Assembly: GCF_963921235.1 (NCBI RefSeq)
Contig: NC_086108.1
Location: forward strand, 69,814,001-69,878,000
Reading direction: 5' to 3'
DNA from: Mobula hypostoma
Taxonomy: Eukaryota
Length of the DNA stretch: 64,000 nucleotides
A program made the position numbers and the translations under genes. How positions within the stretch are numbered: position 1 is the stretch's first letter; every line of letters starts with the position of its first letter. Positions 51,301 to 63,300 of this stretch are shown piece after piece. The notes beneath the pieces were generated by a model. It was not told the origin of the DNA and did no database searches. It was given only the letters and a program-made list of their open reading frames with translations.

Positions 51301-54300
51301 CTGTTGCTTTAAATAGTTTTCAGAAATGTATTCTAATACACATATACATTAACAAACTTACATTCTCAGTAACGAAAATTTTCAAATGAGTTTTTTCACC
51401 ACAGGAGCCTGTTGCTGAAGGACCAATTCCAGAGGCCAGTCAGAACAGTGTAACCTTCGTTGCAGAGCAAGTGTCTCATCACCCACCAAGTGAGTTTATT
51501 TTCAGTAATCGTGTTAAGGATATCAAAACACATCATAGAATTTCTATTTTCTGACTATTTCATTATCATTGTTACCTCCTCCATGGCTGACTAGACATTT
51601 TTATTGCTTTCCTTCCCCAACTTTGACAGGCTTACAGTGTCTACCACTGGTTAGATTTAATAACCTGGTTACCACACAGATAGTAAGACCAGAGAGTAGG
51701 ATACAGAGAAGATTTTCTAGAATGTCAACAGGGATGATGGACTTTAGTTATGTGGAAGGGCAGGTGACGCAGTAACTGTTTAAGAGTAGGGAATACCGAG
51801 GTATTCCATTTCATCATGCGCTTTGGTTAAACAGAAATTTGTGTTTGCTTGAAGGGTTGTTAATTATAAGACCAAAAGCTACAATAATTGTTAAACCAGG
51901 GAGAAACTAATAATATTTTTATATGATGAGTTATGATCTGGAATTTACTGCCTGATAGGATGATGCAATAAATTCAGTAGTGACTTCGGTTAGGAATGGG
52001 TTAAGTACTTGAAAGGAAAAGAATTGTGTTGTTTGGAGGGAAACTAAAATACATGGTGAGAACAAACCAAATTTCTCTTTTAAAGAACAGTAGGCTAAAT
52101 AGAGTCCAGTCCTGTATGATTTCAATACCATTTTAGTATATGGCCAGGGTTTATCTCTGTCAGTGCTCTTGTGAGTAATAATCTCAGTTTATATTCAATA
52201 ACTATTGAACAATAATTAGAAAGCAGAAAACTGGCAATGCTGGACACCCAAAATAAAACCAAAGTTCTGGAGCATGGTGGGGGGTAATATCTGTGATAGA
52301 GTGGAGGCTAAGATTGTCTCCGTGACGTAACAAGTTCAGTGACATTTAGTTTAAAAAATGAGTGAGTACAGTTAGAGCAAAAATAAACAAACTGGAATTA
52401 TGAGAGGCAGAACAATAGCTGAAAATGCAAAACTAAAAGGAATGCACTGAGTAACTAAACACATACCAGAGGAAATGCACCTCATTTCCACCAGGAACTG
52501 AACCAGCACAAACATTTGAATTCTCAAATTTTAGGAATCTGCTCCCTGTCTTGTTTTTTTCTTTCTCCTGATCCACTCAGTTCCAACTATACCCTCACCC
52601 TCCACAACCGCTATTTCTTTCCCCTCCTCTGCCCATCACCCAGACACTCCTCCCATGAGTTCCTTCCCCCACTACTGTCCCCATCTGCCCACCCTACCTC
52701 CCTTTTTTTATTAGATTCCATCAAGTACAGCCCTTTGCCTCCACCTATCACCACTCAGTGTCTGTCACTATTTCCACTTACCCTTCCTCCAGCTGTCTAG
52801 CACCCCTCCTCACCAGGATCTACCTCACCTACAGCTTACACAAAAACTTCCCCTCACTTCTTTATACTGGCCATCTATCTTGTAGTCGAGATGAAGGCCG
52901 ATTGTCAGTTTCCCTCTGCAAATTCTCTCTGACCCACTGATTTCCTTCAGCATTTGGTCTTTTGAACCTTATCATAGGCGTTTTGTCAAAACTGAAGTGG
53001 ATGTTTTAGTCCTAAAAGGTATCAAAAATGATCCTGGGTCTTTTTCTGATGTAATGTCATAATCTAATGCTGTACTTTTGCTGAGCTCTCTGATACCCAG
53101 TTGCTATGGAAACTCATTGTTTCTGGCTATTGATGTGTCACTGATCTAAGCTTTGGTGAGTATTGTGTAATAACAGGACTGATTAAGGCAGAAATTATTA
53201 TATTCAAAAATGCAGTTTCAAAAGATTTGTTTCTTTTTATGCATTTCATCTCAGTGTAACTTGTTACAGCAAGATACCTGCCAGCAGGTTCACTTTCTGT
53301 TCTTCAGCTTGACCTTCTATTGTGACTGAATAGAATTGTATTTGTAAATTTGGAATGGGAAATTTGATCCTGTCCACTGGTTATTGAAGAAAGTATATAG
53401 AAATGGAATGGAATTGGTTACTCACAAGGCAGACAAGATTGAACTGTGTCCGATGAACATTGTAACTTTTATATATTTTTCTATCTTAATGCTTTATTAG
53501 AATTCTATCAGAACATGAATTGATTACAGTTTTCTCCTTTGTTACAGTTTCTGCATTTTATGCTGAATGTTTCTCAAAGAAAATCCAGTTCAATGCGCAC
53601 ATTTGGACTAAATCTAAGTTTCTTGGGATGTCTATAGGAGTGCATAACATTGGACAAGGTGAGTTTATTTTAAGAAATATCCATCTCCACTAATACTCTA
53701 CATTTCCTCAGCAATAAGCTGCTTGCACAGTTTAGGTTTTTGTTCTATCCAGTCTTTTTCCTGTGCTGTCATACCTCTGGACAAGTACTATCCCCTATCC
53801 CACCTTGCCTAACAGACTGAGAGCAGTACATCACAGGGATGGGCCCCTTGCCACATTATTAATTAAGTTAATGACGCCAAATTAAACTAATCCTTTTTGT
53901 CTGCAAGTGTACATATCCCTCCATCCTTCAACGACATTAGATATAGCAACCATGACTATAATTTCATGTTGTTTGCAAATCTGGTTGCCCTATTACAGGA
54001 AGGCCAAGGATGCTTTGGAAAGGGTACAGAACAGATTTGCCTGGATTAGTGAGTATGAGCACTAAGGAGAAGTTGGACAACTTGGATTGTTTTCTGTGGA
54101 GCAGAGCAGGGTAGGGTAGAATTTCATAAAAATTATGATATATATAAGATGACTGGGATGAAAATGTGGATGGGTGGTTTAGTAAGCCTGCAGAGAACAA
54201 AGATTGGTGGTGTTGTGGCTAGTGTAGAAGGTTGCCAATGGATACAGTGGATTATTGATCAGTTGCACATTTGGGTGAAATAATGACTGGTGGAGTTAAA

Positions 54301-57300
54301 TCTGGGCAAGTGAGGTGGTGCACTTTGGAAGAGCAGATGCAATGGGAAAGTACACAGTTAATCGTAGGAACCTTGATAGTGTTGATGTGTAGAATATCTT
54401 GGGGTCCAGGCATCGTGCCTGAACATGATAGGATGGTGTGCTTCCCTTTGTTAGCCAAGGCACTGAGTTCAAGAGACAGGAAGCTTTATAAAAAAAATCA
54501 AAAAGGGCCACTTTTCAACATAATTGTATAAGGGCTAGAAGTGTTGTAAAAGCAAGCCTGAAGGCTTTGTGTGTCAATGCAAGGAGCATTTGTAACAAGG
54601 TGGATGAATTGAATGTGCAGATAGTTATTAATGAATATGATATACAAGTTTCCCCTGCCATCCGAAGGTTGAGCGTTCCTATGAAACGGTTCGTAAGCCG
54701 AAATGTCGTAAAGCGAAGAAGCAATTACATTTATTTATATGGGAAAATTTTGTGAGTGTTCGCAGACCCAAAGATAACCTACCAAATCATGCCAAATAAC
54801 ACATAAAACCTAAAATAACAGTAATATATAGTAAAAGCAGGAATGATATGATAAATACACAGCCTATATAAAGTAGAAATACTTTCCCACAATCATTACT
54901 GCACTGTTCTCCGTAGCGAAAATCTCACGCAAGCGCCGTCGGCAGAAAATCTCACGCAAGCGCTATTGGCAAAAACACGGCGCAAGCGCTCTCCAGTAAC
55001 CTTTAAGCTATGAAGCTGCCAAATCATACCAAATAACACATAAAAATACACAGCCTGTATAAAGTAGAAATAATGTATGTACAGTGTAGTATCACTTGCT
55101 GGAATCGGGAAGACAGCGCCAAGCACACTGTTGATGGTGTATTAGGCTGAGTCAGAGTTTGGGTGGTGCAGTGGCCCCCACCCTGCAGGCCGCCAAGCGA
55201 TACATTACCACGAAGAACGCAGGGGTGCAGCGGTAGGCAGGAGGCACAAAGCACATCTTTAAGAAAAAAGCCTAAACAAGCATGCTAATTAATTAGGTGC
55301 CGCCCGTAATTGTCAGCCCAGATCAGTGCCGATTTCCGATTGCGTTGTCTCTGATCTGGGCCGACAATTACGTGTCGGCGGCACCTAATTAATTAGTATG
55401 TTTATTTTGGCTTTTTTCTTAAAGATGTGCTGTGTGCCTCCCGGCTACCGTTGCATTCTGCGCGAATCGGTATCTGTCCGTGGCCTGGGGGTTGGGGTGG
55501 TGGGACACTGGGGTGTCATCTCGTCGACTATTTCCATTAAGGCAGGCAGGTCATCTTCTATCTCTGCCCGCCTCGATGTCAAAGGTCGAGGTTTGTCATC
55601 TGCTGTGGCTGATGTGGAAGGCTTGCTTGAGTGCTGAGCCTTGCGCAGTTTTCTATCACACAGTTCTTTGTAGGGACTCAAACCATCCTGCAAATATCCC
55701 CTAAACCAACGTACCCTTTGAAAATTAAAGTCGTACTTTATCATTACTCATTCGGTTTCGATTGTTATCCTTTCCTCTTCCAATTGCATCAGCTCTTCAT
55801 CTATCAGATCTTGGTCATGGGATACCGAAACCTCTTCAACATCATATTCGTCAGCTTCCACAAGCCAAACTCACTTTGTCCTTACTTCGTTCACTACGAT
55901 CGAAACGCTTAATTATGTCTAGTTTTACGTAAAGTGTAACACTCTTACGAGCTCTTTTAGGCTTTTCCAATACCATAGAACTCATCTTGCAAACGATTGC
56001 TCACAGGCATGTGTTTAAGTAAAGCCAGTGAGAACGCAGTTCCGAATCCGGGGGAGAGTGGCTGCTCGGGGTGCGTGCTGCCTTTTATCGCACGCTGAAT
56101 TTTTTTTCGTAACAGTGAAAACACCTTCTGAAAGCAAAAACAGGGTACTAATGTAGGTCTTTCGTAACAGTGAGGTTTCGTAAAGCAAACGTTTGAAAAG
56201 TGGGGGACACCTGTAGCTGGGATCGCAGAGACATGGCTCCAGGGTGACCAAGGATGGGAGCTCAACCTTCAGGAATATTCAATATTCAGGAGGGATAGAC
56301 ATGAAAGAAAAGGAGTGGGATTGCATTGCTGGTTAGAGAGGAGATTAACGCAATAATAAGGAAGGACATTAGCTGGGAGGATGTGGAATCGATATGGGTA
56401 GAGCTGCATAACACTAAGGGCCAGAAAACGCTGGTGGGAGTTGTGTACAAGCCACCTAACAGTAGAAGTGAGGTTGGGGATGGCATTAAACAGGAAATTA
56501 GAAATGCGTGCAATAAAGGAACAGCAATTATAAAGGGTGACACTTCAATCTACATATAGATTGGGTGAACCAAATTGGTAAGGGTGCTGAGGAAGAGGAT
56601 TTCTTGGAATGTATGCGGGATGGTTTTCTGAACCAACATGTCAAGGAACCAATTAGAGAGCAGGCCATTCTAGACTGGGTATTGAGCAATGAGGAAGGGT
56701 TAGTTAGCAATCTTGTCGTGTGAGGTCCCTTGGGTAAGAGTGACCATAATATGGTGGAATTCTTCATTAAGATGGAGAGTGATATAGTTAATTCAGTAAC
56801 AAAGGTTCTGAACTTAAAGAAGGGTAACTTTGAAGGTATGAGACGTGAATTAGCTAAGATAGACAGGCAAATGATACTTAAAGGGTTGACAGTGGATATG
56901 CAATAGCAAGCATTTAAAGATCGCATGGATGAACTACAACAATTGTTCATCCCAGTTTGGCAAAAGAATAAACCAGGGAAGGTAGTGCACCCGTGGCTGA
57001 CAAGAGAAATTAGGGATAGTATCAATTCCAAAGAAGAAACATACAAATTACTCAGAAAAAGTGGCACACCTGAGGACTGGGAGAAATTCAGAGTCCAGCA
57101 GAGGAGGACAAAGGGCTTGATTAGGAAAGGGAAAAAAGATTATGAGAGAAAACTGGCAGGAAACATAAAAACTGACTGTAAAGCTTTTATAGATATATGA
57201 AAAGAAAAAGATTGGTTAAGACAAATGTACGTCCCTTACAGTCAGAAACAGGTGAATTGATCGTGGGGAACAAGGACATGGCAGACCAGTTGAATGACTA

Positions 57301-60300
57301 CTTTGGTTTTGTCTTCACTAAGGAGGACATGAATAATCTTCTGGAAATAGTAGGGGACCGAGGGTCTAGTGAGATGGAGGAACTGAGGGAAATACATGTT
57401 AGTAGGCAAGTGGTGTTAAGTAAATTGAAGGGATTAAAGGCAGATAAATCCCCAGGGCCAGATGGTCTGCATCCCAGAGTGCTTAAGGAAGTGGCCCAAG
57501 AAATAGTGGATGCATTAGTGATAATTTTTCAAAACTCTTTAGATTCTGGATTAGTTCCTAAGGATTGGAGGGTGGCTAATGTAAGCCCGCTTTTTAAAAA
57601 AGGAGGGAGAGAGAAACTGGGGAATTATAGACCGGTAAGCCTGACATCAGTGGTGGAGAAAATGCTAGAGTCAGTTACCGAAGATGTGATAATAGCACAT
57701 TTGGAAAGCGGTGAAATCATCGGACAAAGTCAGCATGGATTTGTGAAAGGAAAATCATGTCTGACGAATCTCATAGAATTTTTTGAGGATGTAACTAGTA
57801 GAGTGGATAGGGGAGAACCAGTGGATGTGGTATATTTGGATTTTCAAAAGGCTTTTGACAAGGTCCCTCACAAGAGATTAGTGTGCAAACTTAAAGCACA
57901 CGGTATTGGGGGTAAGGTATTGATGTGGATAGAGAATTGGTCGGCAGACAGGAAGCAAAGAGTGGGAATAAATGGGACCTTTTCAGAATGGCAGGCAGTG
58001 ACTAGTGGGGTACCGCAAGGCTCAGTGCTGGGACCCCAGTTGTTTACAATATATGTTACTGACTTAGGCGAGGGAATTAAATGCAGCATCTCCAAGTTTG
58101 CGGATGGCACGAAACTAGGCAGCAGTGTTAGCAGTGAGAAGGATGCTAAGAGGATGCAGGGTGACTTGGATAGGTTAGGTGAGTGGGCAAATTCATAGCA
58201 GATGCAATTTAATGTGGATAAATGTGAGGTTATCCACTTTGGTGGCAAAAACAGGAAAACAGATTATTATCTGAATGGTGGCCGATTAGGAAAAGGGGAG
58301 GTGCAACGAGACCTGGGTGTCATTGTACACCAGTCATTGAAAGTGGGCATGCAGGTAGAGCAGGCGGTGAAAAAGGCGAATGGTATGCTGGCATTTATAG
58401 CGAGAGGATTCGAGTACAGGAGCAGGGAGGTACTACTGCAGTTGTACAAGGCCTTGGTGAGACCACACCTGAAGTATTGTGTGCAGTTTTGGTCCCCTGA
58501 TCTGAGAAAAGACATTCTTGCCATAGAGGGAGTACAAAGAAGGTTCACCAGATTGATTCCTGGGGTGGCAGGACTTTCATATGATGAAAGACTGGATCAA
58601 CTAGGCTTATACTCTCTGGAATTTAGAAGATTGAGAGGGGATCTTATTGAAACGTATAAAATTCTAAAGGGATTGGACAGGCTAAATGCAGGAAGATTGT
58701 TCCCAATGTTGGGGAATTCCAGAACGAGGGGTCACAGTTTGAGGATAGAGGGGAAGCCTTTTAGGACCGAGATTAGGAAAAACTTCTTCACACAGAGAGT
58801 GGTGAATCTGTGGAATTCTCTGCCACAGGAAACAGTTGAGGCCAGTTCATTGGCTATATTTAAGAGGGAGTTAGATATGGCCCTTGTGGCTAAAGGGATC
58901 GGGGTTATGGAGAGAAGGCAAGTACAGGGTTCCGAGTTGGATGATCAGCCATGATCATACTGAATGGTGGTGCAGGCTCGAAGTGCCGAATGGCCTACTC
59001 CTGCACCTATTTTCTATGTTTCCAAAACATTGGATGGGCTGCATCTACAGTGTACTGTTCAGTTGTGGTAGCCCTATAATAGGAAGAATGTGGAGGCTTT
59101 GGAAAGTGCAGAATTTTACCAGGACGCTGCCTGATTAGTGGGCATGCTCTTGGAGAGGTTGGTGAGACTTGTTTTCCCTGGATTGGCAGAGGCTGAGGGA
59201 AGTACTTGATAGAAGTTTCAAAGTTAAGAGGGGTAGATAGAGTGGTATCTTTCTCCCAGAATTGAAAGATCTAATACATGGATTTAAGATGATTAGAGGA
59301 AGGTTCAAAGATGTATAGGACAAGGTTATTTTTTTTCTAGAGTGGTGGGTGCCTGTGGTGCTGTACCGGGCGGGAGTGGTGGCGGAGGCAGAAATGATAG
59401 AGGCATTTAAGAGGCTTTTAGGCACTTAATTGTGCATGGAATGGAGAGATGTAAACCATGTGCAGGCAGGAGGTATTAGTGTAATTAGACATCATTAGCT
59501 TAATTAGTTTGGACAACATTGCAGGCTGAAGGGCCTGTTCCTAAGGTGTATTGTTTTCTGCTATGAAATGTAAAAAGAGCAGATAGTTAGAATCTTTCTT
59601 CCAGGGTAGAAATGTCAAATACCAGAGGACATACATTTAAAATGGGAGGGAGAAGGTTTAAGGAAGATGTACTGGGCTTTTTTTTATACAGAGCATGATA
59701 GGTGTCTAGGGAATGCTGCTAGGAATGGTGGTGGAAGCAATGGTGTCTGAGGATCTCTTAGACACATGAATAGGGCAGGAAACCATGTGTAGGCAGAAGA
59801 GATTTAGTTTAATTTGGCAATCTGTTGGGTGAAGGCAGTGTGGGCCAAAGATCCTGTTCCTGTGCTATACTGTTCTTTGTTCTATATATTTCTAAAGGAG
59901 ATTGTCAGATATCATCTGTATGTTATATATGATCAGCCTTGGGTGACTTCACTTCCTCAAAGAAGCCAGTTGTGAACCACTTATTACCACTTTTGAGTAA
60001 GGCCACTGCAGAACAGACACTGAACCTAGTCCCATCTGGTCTGTGACTTGGGTGATGATGTTCCCTTTATTTATTTAGGTTCATTCTTATTTTCAGTGCT
60101 TAGTGTGATGAATAAATTGTACTCCCCTCGCTCGTATGTGGATTGCTAAGCTTCAGCATACCATTTTACCTGGAATTCTTCTTTGTTCCACCTGTATTTT
60201 GAATTGCTTTCTTGTGTTGTGTTAATATTGTCAGTAATATGGTTATTGTTGAAGACCACAAGACATAGGAGCAAAATTAGACCATTTAGCCTGTGAGTCT

Positions 60301-63300
60301 GCTCCACCATTTTGTCATGGCTCATTTATTATCCCAAATCAATCACACATTATTTTTCTGAACTGAAACTCACTATTTTTGGCCTTTTCATTAGGCAACA
60401 ATAAATATTGATGTCTTATATGCAGTGATTTTTATAAGTATACAACTTCTTAGCCCATTTACAAAGCTGAAATGAATTATTTCTACAAATTGTCAAATTT
60501 TGTAGAACCATTTGGAATTTATACTGAGCATGTCTAGGTTGAGCAGTAAACACATATATGCTGCTCCAGAAAGCTCTTAATGGAAATAATTCTAGGCAAA
60601 GAGGAGCCTTTCAATGTGTTTTGTTTCTCTATACAGGTGTCCCCTGCTTTTCGAACGTTCGCTTTACGAAACCTCACTGTTACGAAAGACCTACATTAGT
60701 ACCCTGTTTTCGCTTTCAGAAGGTGTTTTCACTGTTACGAAAAAAAATTCAGCGCGCGATAAAAAATCAGCGCGCGACAAAATCAGTGCGCGATAAAAGG
60801 CAGCGCGCCCCGAGCAGCCGCTCTCCCCCGGATTCGGAACTGCTTTGCTTTAACACGAGCCTGTGAGCAGCCGTTTGCAAGATGAGTTCTATGGTATCGG
60901 AAAAGCCTGCAAGAGCTCGTAAGGGTGTTACACTTACGGTAAAACTAGACATAATTAAGCGTTTTGATCGTGGTGAATGAAGTAAGGACAACGTGAGTTT
61001 GGCTTGTGGAAGCTGACGAACACGGTGTTGAAGAGGTTTTGGCATCCCATGACCAAGAACTGACAGATGAAGAGCTGATGCAATTGGAAAAAAAAAGGAT
61101 AACAATGGAAACTGAATGAGTAATGATAAAGTACGACTTTAATTTTCAAAGGGTATGTCGGTTTAGGGGATATTTGCAGGATGGTTTGAGTCTTTATTAA
61201 AGAACTGTGTGATAGAAAAATGCGCGAGGCTCAGCAGTCAAGCAAGCCTTCCACAGCAGACGACGAACCTCGACCTTCGACATCGAGGCGGGCAGAGATA
61301 GAAGATGAGCTGCCTGCTCTAATGGAAGCAGGTGATGAGATGACACCCCAGTGTCCCACCACCCCAACCCCCAGGCCACGGACAGATACCAATTCACAGA
61401 GAATGCAAAGGTAGCTGGGAGGCACACAGCACATCTTTAAGAAAAAAGCCGAAATAAACATGCTAATTAATTAGGTGCCGCTGACACGTAATTGTCGGCC
61501 CAGATCAGAGACGACGCAATTGGAAATCGGCACTGATCTGGGCTGACAATTACGGGCGGCACCTAATTAATTAGCATGTTTGTTTAGGCTTTTTTCTTAA
61601 AGATGTGCTGCGTAACTCCTGGCTACCGCTGGACCCCTGCATTCTTCGCAGTAATGTATTGCTCAGCGGCCTGGAGGGTGGGGGCCACTGCACCACCCAA
61701 ACTCCGACAAGTCCAACGCACCATCGTGTGCTCGGCGTGTGCGATTCCCGTAAGTGATACTACACTGTACATACATTATTTCTACTTTATATCGGCTGTG
61801 TATTTTTATGTGTTATTTGGTATGATTTGGCAGCTTCATAACTTAAAGGTTACTGGAGAGAGTGTTCTTGCCAACAGCACTTGCATGAGATTTTTGCTTC
61901 AGCGAACAGTTCAGTAATGATTGTGGAAAAGTATTTCTACTTTATATAGGCTGTGTATTTATCATATCATTCCTGCTTTTACTAAATGTTACTGTTATTT
62001 AGGTTTCATGGGTTATTTGGCATGATTTGGTAGGTTATTTTTGGGTCTGCGAACGCTCACAAATTTTTCCCATATAAATAAATGGTAATTGCTTCTTCGC
62101 TTTACGACATTTCGGCTTACGAACCGTTTCATAGGAACGCTCTACCTTCGGATGGCGGGGGAAACCTGTATCCACTTTTAGTTTATTTCAATGACATTTA
62201 ATATCATCTTGAGCCTTTTCACCAGTTTTTATTTTGGTTCTGGCTCCCTCTCATGGCAGCTATATTACATTAATTCTTGGAGCTAATTTCAAAGTGTAAA
62301 GTACATTTATTATCAAAGTACATGTGTGTTATCATATACAAAGATATTCATTTTTTTTATGGGCATACTCAGTAAATCCAAGAGCCATAATACAATCAAT
62401 GAAAGACCAACCCAACAGGATGGACAGACAACCAAAGTGCAAGACAGCAAACTGCTAATGCAAGAGAAAATGAATGAATAAATAAATAAGCAATAAATAT
62501 CGAGAACCCGAGATGAAGAGTCCTTGAAAGTGAATCCATAAGTTGTGGGAACATTTCAATCATGAGGCAAGAGAGGTCAGCTCCTTTGGTTCAAGAGCCT
62601 GATGGTTGAGGGGTATTAACTGTTCCTGAACCTGGTGGTGGGGGTCTTTGATGATAGATGCTGCTTTCCTGTGACTATGCTCAATATAGATGTACTTAAT
62701 GGTGCGGAGGGCTTTACCCATGATAAAATGGGCCTTGTCCATGACTTCTTGTAGGATTTTCTGTTCAAGGGCATTGGTGTTGCTATACCAGGCTGTTTTG
62801 CAGCCAGTCAATATACTCTCCACCACACATCTATTGAATTTCTTCCTATAAAATTATGTTATCTTCCTTCAATTGAGTGTTGGTTTTGAAATCATTAACA
62901 GGTCCCAGCTTGCTAATGATTTCAAAACTGATAGTCAAATTTTATCTCTTTTACAAAACCCTTAATTTTGAAGTGAATCTTAACATCTGAAATTCCTTTT
63001 GTTGCTCTCTTTCTTGAGCAACGAATGATTTAATATCCTTTTCCTTATCTGCTTGATCAGTAACTTTTTAAAATAATTTCCATGATGATATTCCCTTTTG
63101 TATTTTGACAGGATGTGTCTCAGTGCTTGATTATGATGAGCACTATATTCTCACTTTTCCAAATGGCTATGGAAGGCAAGTACTGGCTAATATAGTACCA
63201 CTTAAAATATGCTGTACATATTGTCCATCAGTATATATTAAGGGAATCATTATTTAATTTGAAAGCCAAGTTAAATGTTGTGCTTTTTGAAGATTTTCTA

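Noticed and set aside
55445..55744. Repeated ~65-100-aa ORFs (also 61220..61414) as a duplicated small gene
   Set aside because: Both lie inside the two copies of the Tigger-like element, and their frames differ by indels.
57197..58954. Longest ORFs (333 + 250 aa reverse transcriptase) as a functional or domesticated gene, or a stop-readthrough system
   Set aside because: Ordinary CR1 ORF2 with a premature stop, upstream frameshifts, a transposon in the endonuclease and a mutated catalytic motif (FADG).
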